Source: Vitrella brassicaformis CCMP3155 | Lineage: Eukaryota; Protista; Chromerida | Length of the DNA stretch: 64,000 nt | Direction of reading: 5' to 3' | NCBI GenBank assembly: GCA_001179505.1 | Contig: CDMY01000033.1 | Coordinates: 124,001 to 188,000, forward strand | Notes under the pieces: model-generated | The model's input: the letters and a program-made list of their open reading frames with translations, nothing else | Told to the model about the DNA's origin: nothing | Databases searched by the model: none | Translations under genes and position numbers: made by a program | Shown: positions 12,871-23,324 of the stretch, piece after piece | Layout of the letters: each line of letters starts with the position of its first letter | How positions within the stretch are numbered: position 1 is the stretch's first letter

Positions 12871-14205
12871 CACTCAAACGATGGAGATCTTCCATTCAAA
12901 GTGCGAGCTTAAAGCAATCAATGCGAGCTGTTTCTCCTTCCGAATGGATTGCATTCAAGTGGGAGAAAGCATGAGTGGCTCTACAAGAACAACAGCAGCT
13001 GTGGAGGATGGACTGTGGAGGATCAGGGTGGCCTGACGAGGAGGCACGGTGCATCGTCCTCCCACACCATTATCATCCATGATCAAAGATAAGGTCAGTG
13101 GAGAGGGGAGTGAGAGGGGAGTCAAGTGCACAGAATAATGGATGTGTTCAACGGCTCTATTCAGGTTGGGCGGCACGAGCGTTTGCACATGCCGACGAGG
13201 GGAGGGGAGTATTACTGTATGACGGGAGAAAAGCACGAACACGAAGAAGTGTGACGGCAACACGGCACAACGAATCGATGGATGGAACAAACAAATGTGC
13301 GTGGGGGGAAGGGGGAAGCCGCGCGTGCGGGAGCGAAGACTATGGCCTTCGTGTGATTAGACCTCTCAAGACAACTCAGCGTGTGCAGTGCGCGTATATA
13401 TTGCATTTTTCGCGTTGAATATCACACCTAACACGAATTCTCCCTTTTCTCCTGTCTCCCTGTCAGTCGTGCAGATCGGGTGTCGTCGGCCAAGCCGTTG
13501 GAGGGGCAAGAGCAAGGGAATCGCAACGGCTTGGCGTTTTTCTCGACTCGTGCGTGCGTCGAGGGGCTCTATTGCGTGGACTCGATGATACAGTCTATTT
13601 GTCGGTCGTGTCAGCAGGCGCGGATGGGTGGATGGCAGCTGATGAACGCATTCCGCTAGGCGCCATCGCGCATGCGATCTTGTGTGCGGCCTCTCTGTGC
13701 TTCCAGTCGAGTTGCTTGCACTCCCTCCACCTGGGGGAGCGGGGGGCACATGTTTGATTGATGCCTCAATGCAAACGGCTACGGTGAGGGCATCTGATGT
13801 GTCAGTGACGACAACTGAATGACATTTGGATCGTGTGTTCGTGAATGTTTGTGTCATGTGTCTGGGTTGTGAAGTATCTTCTTGGTTCTCACAACTCAAG
13901 ATGTGACGGCCTCGCCCCCCTTGAGTTTGTCAATCTTCTGAAGCAGATCAATGAGAGAGATCGGAAACACATACACAGAAAGGTCTACACACACAACATG
14001 AGATCTTGCCACATACATACATAAAGACACGCCCCTCCGGCACTACAGACGAACCATTTGGTAATTCATTCACACAGTTAGTCACCCCCGGCATGGATGA
14101 CACATGAGCAAGAGAATGTAGGGCTGACTGCGTCAGTCTCCTCTGTCTTCCGCCCTTCCTCCTTGCCCCCATCTGTCTGCATCTATTTACCTGCATCGAC
14201 CGCTC

Positions 14206-14619
14206 TCACTTGCCCTGTTCTCTGGCTTTGGCTATGTGCGGATGCTCATCTCTGACATAAGCGGCGAGCAGCCGATAGACATCATGATTGGCCCACTCGA
14301 CGGGCACCTCCTCCTGGCCGCTCAGCCACTTGAACAGGTTGGGGTTCTCGCAGTCCAGGAGCTTGTCGAACTGGTCCAGCTGCTGCTCACTGAAGCTGCC
14401 CAGGTACTTGTCCGCGAAGGATCCCATCAGCACATCCAGCTCAAGCCATCCCCGCTGCTTGCTGCGGTACAGCAGCTTCTTCCGACGCCCCTCCCACTCG
14501 CCAGTGTTGGCCACGAAACAGCGACGCTGCAAGTCGGCCCGCAGAAAGACCATCCCAGATGAAGGGCGAAAGGCTCGTAGAGGCACCACCATGGCTTTTT
14601 GAAGCATAGCTGTCTTCAT
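14206..14619 (-). CDS. SDHAF2: Succinate dehydrogenase assembly factor 2 (Sdh5/SdhE family), intronless, with mitochondrial presequence-like N-terminus
   Basis: RRKKLLYRSKQRGWLELDVLMGSFA...DQFDKLLDCENPNLFKWLSG contains the RGxxE motif. The start could be 14619 or 14607. Confidence 0.95.
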   Translation of the reverse strand: MKTAMLQKAMVVPLRAFRPSSGMVFLRADLQRRCFVANTGEWEGRRKKLLYRSKQRGWLELDVLMGSFADKYLGSFSEQQLDQFDKLLDCENPNLFKWLSGQEEVPVEWANHDVYRLLAAYVRDEHPHIAKAREQGK

Positions 14620-14807
14620 TTCCCAGCACAGGACCCTAACCCTGAATCCCAAAACCCTGTCGATGCAACACTCGTCGATTCATCAGGCATGATCTCCTGC
14701 ACACACACACACGCACACGTGTGTCTTATCATGCAATCACTCCAATCCCTGAGCTGGTTCTTTTTCTTGAAAGGGCGCGAAGGCCTCTGCACATGGTGCA
14801 CTGAAGC

Positions 14808-16603
14808 ATGAACCGTAAGAGCATCTCGTTGTGGCATTCTCTGCCCTTGTCCATCATCGCCGTCATGGGACGTAAGTGCACAGATCGGGTGCGTCCGAGA
14901 TGAACGAATTGTGCAAGTGTTTCTGTGCATGCTGCTATCAGTATCGACGTGGCAGAATCGACGAGAGATGAGGCGGAAGGCTAAAGGCAAACCCCTCCCG
15001 ACAGGTCCGGCCAGCTGACCTCGCCGCTGTGAGGCGGATGGATGCGTCCATCCATTCATTCATTCATTCATGTGTCTTCTGTTGGTGTGTTGGGCGTTTC
15101 AGAGGCCGAGCGTCGCGAGATATTCGACGAGGGAGCGAGGGGGTGGGATGCCATGGTCTTCTGGGATGAACTCGTAGGCACGGGGTGGCACCGCAGAGCA
15201 CAAGACAACAGTGCAGAGCCACATGGGCCATTTATTGATTGTATGTGTCTGTCCATCTCTTCTTGTGCTGGGTGCGGTGCGGTGCGGTGGCTGCATTGCA
15301 GAGTATGAGTTTGACGAGTTGGAGGTTCGAGGTGATTCGCCGGGCGTACGGCCACGTGCTGGAGGTGGCCGTCGGGACGGGCAGGAACTTCCAGTTCTAT
15401 GACCACACCAAAGTCAAAAGCATCGTGGTGGGGGCTGGCAGCCACGAGGCAGTCAGTCACTTTGTCAGGCTCATGAATGAAACCTGCCTGGCTTGTGTGT
15501 GTGTCTGTCTGTCTGTCTGTTCCCCCGCCGGTGACTAGGCAGTGGACTTCAGTGAGGGCATGCTTGATGTAGCGGCATCAAAAAGAAGTGAGCAACCCAA
15601 CCGGCCTGCCCCTCCCTCTCTATCTATCTACTGTTGTGGTCCCTGGATGCGATGCGATGCGATGCGATGCGTTGTTTGTGTGTGTTTGTTTCCACAGAAT
15701 ACATTCATCAGGCCATCCCCGTGCAGTTTGAGGTTGCCGACATACTGCACTTGGACTTCCCAGACGACACGTTCGACACTGTCGTCGACACGTTCGGTAG
15801 GGAGCGACGTGTTCGAGCTAAATGGACCACACACAAGAGTTCTCTTTGCCCGCATTGCGTGACTGCGTGTTGCTTGCTTTGGAAGGCATCTGCTCTTTTG
15901 AGAAGCCAGTTGAAAGCGTCAACGAGATGGCGCGGGTATGTCAAAGACAACCAAAGGAATGCGATTGGGTCCCCCCATGGGTGATGCCCGTGTGGTGTGT
16001 GTCTGTGTGGTGGTGTGTGTCTGTGGGTGTAGGTCCTGAAGCCCAAGGGATCGGTATTGCTGCTTGAGCACGGTTGTGGCACCTGGAATTGGATGAATAT
16101 GCGGCTCGACAAGTTGCTGGCCGAGCACGTCCACAAATATGCATGCTATCACAACAGGTCAGGTGACTATATGACGACAGCGAAACGCATATATGGGAAG
16201 AGTGGTTGATTCATACCATCCATCGGTTGTGTGGTGTTGTGTGGTGTCCAGGCCGATCGACCAGATAGTGCGTCAGGCGGGCCTGGAGGTCATCAGGTGC
16301 GAAAGAAGACACTCGGGTGAGCTACAGGCCTACATAACGATAACCCACTCACTCAATGTTCCATGCACTCACTGCACACATGGATGTTTGTCAGGCACCT
16401 CTTACTTCATCTACGCCACCAAGACATGTCATGGGAAGCCGCCAACACGCATGGAGACGGAGGAGAAAACAGACGAGACAAGCAGCCAGCCAACGGCTAC
16501 AGACGATCATCAGGCAGGGCAAGCAAGGCAGTCTACAAGTGATAGTGCACCCGCGCAGTCAGAAACACCACAAAAGACAGCGAGACATGCAGAAGACACC
16601 TAA
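14808..16603 (+). CDS. Class I SAM-dependent methyltransferase, OMS1/METTL7-like, with N-terminal hydrophobic segment
   Basis: Spliced: MNRKSISLWHSLPLSIIAVMG...FDEGARGWDAMVFWDEL...GHVLEVAVGTGRNFQFY (motif I), AVDFSEGML, DFPDDTFDTVVDTF, LCSFEKPVESVNEMARV LKPKGSVLLLEHG, HKYACYHNRPIDQIV. Confidence 0.85.
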
Positions 16604-17066
16604 GAATGGCCCACAGCAACATAATTGCATCCATCCACTTTGGCAACAATGAAAACCAGTGCGTGTTCGCATACCTTTCCCACTCACACAAATAATGGCA
16701 ACAATGTACGAACATGTTCCGGACATTGGCGTTTTGCCTGGCTTGCTAACCGCCATTGAACTGAGACCTGAGACATGCCATATACTGCACACGCAGAGGT
16801 GGCGTCAGAGTAGTTATACACGCAGAGAAGGAGGATTAATTTGACGCCAACCAACAAAGCGGATGCAGTTTCATGCAGCCTTCCTACCTGTGTGTGATCC
16901 CCAATGGCGAGATGACGCGAAGGAGGGGAAATAGGGGACATGCAAGTCAAGCTCGCAGTCGAGATTTTCGCGACGAGAGACGGCCGGCAACCTTTCGTTA
17001 CAATCAGGACCCCAACTCATCAGGCCAGAACGAGGCCATCCGCGCCTTGTGCGGCGCCTGACGAGG

Positions 17067-17108
17067 TCATGCATGAAGGGGGACCCCGGGGTCCCCCTTC
17101 ATGCATGA
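17067..17108. repeat. Perfect 42-bp spacerless palindrome
   Basis: tcatgcatgaagggggacccc|ggggtcccccttcatgcatga; the arms are exact reverse complements. Confidence 0.97.
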
Positions 17109-19798
17109 TGAAACGAAGCATTGCTGGCTGTCTGCTGCTTACCGTGCTGTCTACCGTGCGTGTTCAGGCCGCCCGCCACTGTTTCCGTTGGGACGCCGTC
17201 GTGGAGGAGGTTAAGGAAAAGTTCAATCGCTTTGAGTGTGGCAGATACCGTCGTCATCCAACTGCGCATGCTGCAGGCGGGTCACATCCTCAGCCTCTGG
17301 GCCCGCAGACGAGCGCTGAAGGTGAGGTTGGCCGGCACCGACCATGTGGGGAGCGACTATCTGTTCCACTAGGAGACCGCCAACCCCATGACCTCCTCCC
17401 GCAAAAGAGACCGCTTGCTGAAAACCGGCATCCCCTCGGTGCCCGTCTGGCCTGGAAGAGGCCAAGACTCTCAGCCGCACCCACGCCGTCCCGGCCTTCT
17501 GCACAGATAACCACCGCCTCGTCGCGTATCTGTTCTTCGACCCGAAGGAGCAGGACAGGATCGGCCAGACAGTGGCAGGCAAGCCGCTTGCCGGGACACC
17601 CGAAATGGGGGTAATCGTTGCCCAGCACACGAGACTGGACATGAAAGAGAAAGGACAACACCCTTGCAGCGTGCTCCAGTCTCCTGTCACCGTCGACTAC
17701 TTCCGCAAGCTCTCTTGACACTCATTGGTGAGTGTGTGAACAGGGGAGAAAGAGGTTAGTTAGTTGGTGAATGGGCCTGTTTGTGTGTGAGCAGGCGCCT
17801 GCCCCTTCCCACTGCCCCGCTTCGAAGCCATTGTTCGCTACGTGGAGCCAGTCGTGGCGCGTGTCTCCGATAAGGTCATGCAGCTTTGGCCGGAGGACTG
17901 CGGCACCTTCAAGGGCATGGATGATGCCCTGGAGGTCGCCCGCTACGCCATCTGCAAGTAGCGAGTCAAGAAGTTGTTCGAGGACTTCGTCCCGCCGAGC
18001 GACCCACCAACGCAAGCCGAGATAGTGGAAGCACGATCTTATTTTGAGCAGGTCGGTGCGTCCGGGTGGGGTCGATTGGTCGATTGGGTGTCTGTGTGGA
18101 GTGCCTGTCTATGTGGCGGACTGCCTGCAATGCAGAGGATGAAGAGCTCGTTTTCGCCACCAGATCCAGACGAGCTATCTCCAACAGATCAGGTACCTAC
18201 AGAGAGCACGGCAAGGGCCACGGAGGCCGTGTGCCGCGTCGATGGCAATTGACAAGGGAGGGACAGAGGTCAGTCACGTCGGCCGAAGCGAACCACACTT
18301 GGTTGATGGTTTGCTTGTGCACCGATTGCAGGTGGCATGCAAACGAGCGCCACACTCGTGAGGTTTTCGCCTGTCCCTTCCACCTGGCGCTCGAAGACAG
18401 GGATTCATTTCATCTGGTCTTGGACCGATGCACCGGCCCAAGCCTCATCCAGGTCATGATGGACGGCGGGGCGGTTCCGGAGGGCCAGTGCAAGACCATC
18501 ATTTGGGACATTCTTCGCTCTCTTGCTGGAGGATGCGGCCACAATGCGGGTGCTTCACACCAATTCCCCGGGGTAAGCTCTTGCCATTCACGTCACACAA
18601 TTGGAAAGCAGTTGGCGTCTGTGTTGTAGGAAGTCGAGCGCCGCATCGCCTGAGGGAGGGGGAGCACCTAAGGACATGCCAATCGAGGAGGGGGAGCACC
18701 TGAGGGAGATGTACAGGGAGCAACTGAGGCGCCAGCAAGGGGTATGCAAGTGACACCCATCAACACAGACAGCACTTTGTCACTTGTTCTTTGTTTCCTT
18801 CAGCCTTTAATTGCGCAGTGGCGGGCAAAGATAGAGGCCCTCGCGGTCGAGGCCGCCGCCATCCAGCAGAGGGCGCTGCTGGTATGTGAATGTTGATCTG
18901 TACTAAGAGTTTGAGGCACAACATGCCACATGTTTGGCTTTGCCTCCCCAGAGCGACCAGGCCGTTCTGATTGGCGAGTTGGTGGCGATGCGGGCGAAGG
19001 TGGAGGCGCTCAAGGCGGTGGAGCAGCACACGGCGGCCGACCGGGAGGCCGAGCTGCTGGCCGACAGAGCGGCGCGCCAGCAGGAGGCCCCTGATGCTGC
19101 TGCGAGCGACCCCCGAGGAGCCGGCCCCAAGATCACCACCACCAGCGCCCCCAGATCAAAGCAGCTGCAGCAGAGGTTGTTGGTGAGAGAGAGAGTGGCG
19201 CCCACACCAGGACCGCCCCAGTATGACCCCAACATGAGGGCCTGCCTGCCCACATCCACCACTACTGCGGACCTGGCCCTGTCTGCGTCTCTCTACCGCT
19301 CCCGTCTCGTCGCATCACCCACCGCCCGGCCCATGGTGCCCCTCTCACTCCCTGCAGACCAGCGGACCACCGGCGGATGGTCTGCCGCCCAGAGAGACTC
19401 GCATGCCCGGTCCCCCACCCACAGCAGCACCGATCCCCTCCCCTGCCTTCGTTCCCGCACCTCTCCAGCACATTCGCGCTCCCCTCGCCCAGCACGCCGA
19501 TGTGTTCAAGGCCGGTATGGCCCTGGAGGTGCCTGGCCCGCACCCCAACACGGCTGAGGCGGCCAGAGGCGGGTGGGTAGAGGGGTAGGTGTTTGACGGC
19601 TCGCGGGGGGAGCACACCTACTGGGAGTACGACTGGGGCAGCGGCGTGTGACTGGTCCGATCCGAGTCCCAGGACGCAAACATGAGCCTTCGACGCCTGT
19701 ACGTGCCACAGCCACATGCGGCCCTGCCGGGAGTGTACGTCCCCACTCTACTACCCAGACATGCAGCGCCACCTGCCCGATACTGCCCGACGCCATGA
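17105..19798 (+). pseudogene. Decayed multi-exon locus: unknown N-terminal domain, protein-kinase-like remnant, coiled coil and Agenet/Tudor-like remnant
   Basis: Intact-looking GT-AG exons, but in-frame stops at 17959 (TAG), 19586 (TAG) and 19649 (TGA) and an apparent frameshift near 17710. Kinase-like GKGHGGRV and FHLVLDRCTGPSLIQVMMDGGAVPEGQCKTIIWDILRSL with no HRD/DFG found. It may be more than one gene. Confidence 0.55.
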
Positions 19799-21271
19799 CA
19801 GCCTGATGGTCACGTCCTTGGGGGGCGTTAAATTACATCGCTGCCTACATTTTATATCCCTAGTGCTGGTTGTCGCGATGTTTGCATTCGTTGACACCAA
19901 AGACTTGCTCACAGACATTGAACACGTTCTCACGTGAATCGGACTTATTCTCAAGTATCGGTTTTGTGTCAACCAATCAGACTTTGCTTGCCTAATGGAC
20001 ACGCCAATCGATTGAATGCACCATGTGTGTGTCTCTCTTTCCATCCATCTAAACAACCAACCGTCTCCCTGATACACATACACATACATACAAAAATACA
20101 TACATGCCCACCGGCCCACCCACACATCACACACCAGCACGCACACACACGAGGCGGCGATGCATTTCGTGTGGATGAGCTGTGTTGTTGCTTGTATTGC
20201 TGCTGCAGGAGGGTGTTGGGGGCGTTGGTGGGGATGGTGACGGTGGGTCAGGACCGTCCCCAGACCGTTCAACAGAAAGATGCTCCAACGAACGACAGGT
20301 CGGTCGGTGAATGGCAACAGTTCACGCCAACACACACAGCACACCCACGTATCATTCATTCATCGCGGAGGTCTGAGCGGCGGGGTAGTTCGCTACTGGT
20401 GCAGGCCGTCAGGGAAAGGGAAGGGTTTGGCAGGGAGGGAGGGAGGGAGGGAGGGAGAGGGAGGTGGGCTGTGCGCTTGACGTGGGTGGACGAGCCGGTT
20501 TACACCGAGACGAATACCATTCAATTAATAAAGCTCTCTTACACACGCTCATCGGCAGTCAGTCGGTGGGCGTGGGAGTGATGCTGCCAGCTAGAGGCAC
20601 ATCCATCCAGCCCCTCCGATTCCTGCCAAGCAGAATCGGATGCTGGATATGCTCATGGTGCACCATTCGCTCATGCTCGTCCAACAACACATACAGGCAG
20701 GTAGGCAGCTCTCGCTTTCAAACACCTTTGTATGCACTCACGCCACACCACACCATACCACACCACCCCACACGGCATGACGTGACTGACACCCATATCT
20801 GTGTGTCTGTTGGTATATCTAAAAACCGCAGCGAGTGGCGCCAGCCATCGATATTCCACTCACTCACGAGTGGTCTCTCCGGCTGGCGTAAAAATACAAC
20901 GCAGAGGCAGTACCAATAGGTACGTATGGAGCTCTGACTTTCACGCGGGGCACGCAGACAGACAGGCAGCCGGAAGCAGACAGACCAGTCATGTCATGAC
21001 CCTCCCTCCTCTCGTGGGTGAGGTGACTGACTGACGGAGGGGACACGACTGGACTGTCTTTCTCGCACGCCCCGCCCCTGCGTTTCTCCCACCCCTCCCT
21101 CCCCTCCCCATCCCTCTATCTCTCAACGAGAAACATTGCACACAGACGAGTGCATGCCATGCACACATGGACTCTCTGCCGCTCTCCCAAGTGGCCGCGC
21201 TCTCAGCCCATCCAGCGACTTGTGTGTGGTGCTGGACGGACTTGGGCGTGCCTCGCTCCCATGACATCCGC

Positions 21272-23087
21272 TCACTTGCGCTGGCGGGCGCCAGAGGCCT
21301 CGCCCAACGCCTTCTCCTCTGCATATACACACACAGAAGGCACGCACACATACACATGGCTTGCCCATGTGTGTGTGGCCCCACCCCGTAGATACGCATA
21401 GGAATGCATACATACCTTCTGCGAGTCTGCCCTCGAGTATCTGGTTGTTGAGTTGGAGCTTGAGCATCTGCAGCTGCGTCTCGAAGGCGGCTGATCGACG
21501 GGCCATTTCGGCAGCGTGTCGGGCATCGAGCAGCAGGATGTCCCACTCAGCACTGCGGAGCGAGATGAGGCAGATGGACGTGATCATCTTGGCCACGCTG
21601 TCCATCGCGGTGTACCTACACGGCAGGCAGGGCAGGGAGACACGCAGACACAACACAATGGATGAATGTGTGGCAGCCCTGATGCGTCCTGCCCTTGACG
21701 TGTGCGTGTTCACGTACATGAGCTGCTCTCCCTCAGATGGCAGGATGCCCAGCTGAGCCAGGTGGAAGAAAATGCCGTACTGCACACACACACACCAGCC
21801 ACATACGATGGATGCATGATGGATGGATGAGATTGTGGGTGGGACTCCCCACCCCCCGCATGTGTGCACGTCAGTGAGGTGAGAGGTTGGCTGCTTACCG
21901 ATCCCCACCAGACGATGGTGAAGTAGAGGAGGCCCTTCTTGACCCACAGGTCGCCGTGCTTGTCCTGCACGCCATCCGTGAACCGGGCCAGGTAGTAGGC
22001 CGACGCAAAGTACCCGATGTACGCCCCGTACACGCAGCCCCAGCGGATCAACGGATTCGCAAACACTGCAGCCCTGCAATGCATTAACCAACAAAACACA
22101 AACGTGACAAGTGTGTGTGAGTAGAACACGGTACGGTGGGCTGGTGTTTCCTCTGTGTGTGGTTGGGTGAGAGGTGACTGGCTGGCTGGCTGACTGACCA
22201 GAGTCCCATCTGTAGGTAGATGGCGGTGATGACCATGGGGGGCAGCACCTTGCTCAGGGGCTGGTTGAAGATCAGACGGCCCGTCAGATACGTGTACATG
22301 GGAGCGGCCATCGTCCACTCGATGAAACGACCACCGTACACACGCCGCCCTGACGGAACAGCACACACGCACAGAGAGACACCACACCTTGCATTAGTTA
22401 ATGTCGCTCGCTGGCGTCAGTGAGTGTGTCGGTCTGTGTATCTCACCGACGACTGGGTCGAGGAATGCGGGTACCATGTCGTTGGCGAGGAAGATGTACG
22501 AGGTCATGATGACGCTCACAATGGTGACGTTGACGGTCGACACCTTCAGCTTGAAGTGCAGGTGGGCGTGGTCGGGGTGCTTCAAGATGTTCACTATCGT
22601 AAACACCATCGGAAACAACTGCACACCACCGAGACACACACACACACACACGATGTTCATTCGTCCACAGTGGGCGAGACATGTCCCCTCTCTCTCCCTC
22701 CCCCCCTGTGTTTTGGGCAGCCGGCTTACTTCCATCATGACGACGGTGCCAAGTACGTAGCATGCGATTTCGAAGAAGTAGAGCTCCGCACGGTTGGTGT
22801 GGACAGCGGGGTCGATGCGCTGTGCCGAGTAGAAGTGCAGGCTGCCCAGCAGCACCGCCCAGATGGCCGCATACGTCCCCGTGAAGACCGCACTCTCGTA
22901 GATGTTGAGTGTCTGCTTCTGCAGCACCTCCTTCTGCTCCTGCGTGTAGTCAGGATCAATTGGCTGCACGCGCACAAAGCACACCCATGCACATACGCAG
23001 GGAGGGAGAGATGGTCAAGGTCAAGCACATCAGCGCATCTCCCATGTGACCCTCAGGCATGCCGCTCACCTTCAGAATGGATGCCAT
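21272..23087 (-). CDS. Type-1 (microbial) rhodopsin A, 8 predicted TM helices, short C-terminal coiled coil, 352 aa
   Basis: Eight GT-AG exons (23087-23070, 22963-22730, 22618-22447, 22349-22199, 22073-21899, 21779-21718, 21615-21416, 21318-21272) sum to 1059 nt in frame. Helix C is GRRVYGGRFIEWTMAAP, helix F is VWWGSYGIF and helix G is TAMDSVAKM (Lys codon 21590-21588). Confidence 0.9.
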
Positions 23088-23324
23088 CGTGACGCGTTGA
23101 TCAACTCGTTCAACTCACAAAGCAAAACCCGTTTGGCGCTTCTGGTGAAAGTTTGGTCTCTGAATTCTCTTGTCCTCCTGGCTGCAACGGTTAGCTGCAC
23201 GTCGGATTTCCACCGGACTTCGGATTTCCACCGAAGTATCCGCGAGAGGCAGGTCACTCCTCCAACGGCTAGAGTTTTACGTGAAACCTTCTCTCAGCTT
23301 CCGCGGTGCGAGCTTGAATAAGGG
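23088..23324. promoter_or_regulatory. Putative bidirectional promoter of the rhodopsin pair, with a 14-bp direct repeat overlapping a hairpin
   Basis: tcggatttccaccg at 23202-23215 and 23220-23233; inverted repeat acttcgg (23217-23223) / ccgaagt (23231-23237). Promoter function is inferred. Confidence 0.55.

Noticed and set aside
12955-13290. ORF upstream of the Sec7 gene as its first exon
   Set aside because: It ends in a stop with no suitable donor. ATG 12870 (MALSILK) splices cleanly into the conserved N-terminus.
17959-19651. In-frame TAG/TGA read as stop-codon reassignment or selenocysteine
   Set aside because: Conserved genes in the window end normally at TAG (PSS, Sec7), TGA (SDHAF2, YJU2B, polyubiquitin) and TAA (IMPDH), and the same locus also shows frameshifts. 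Pseudogenisation is simpler.
16650-19900. Helitron or TIR transposon spanning the palindrome and pseudogene
   Set aside because: No transposase, Rep or helicase motifs, TIR pair, TSD or hairpin-plus-CTRR end could be identified by eye. It remains only a hypothesis attached to the palindrome.
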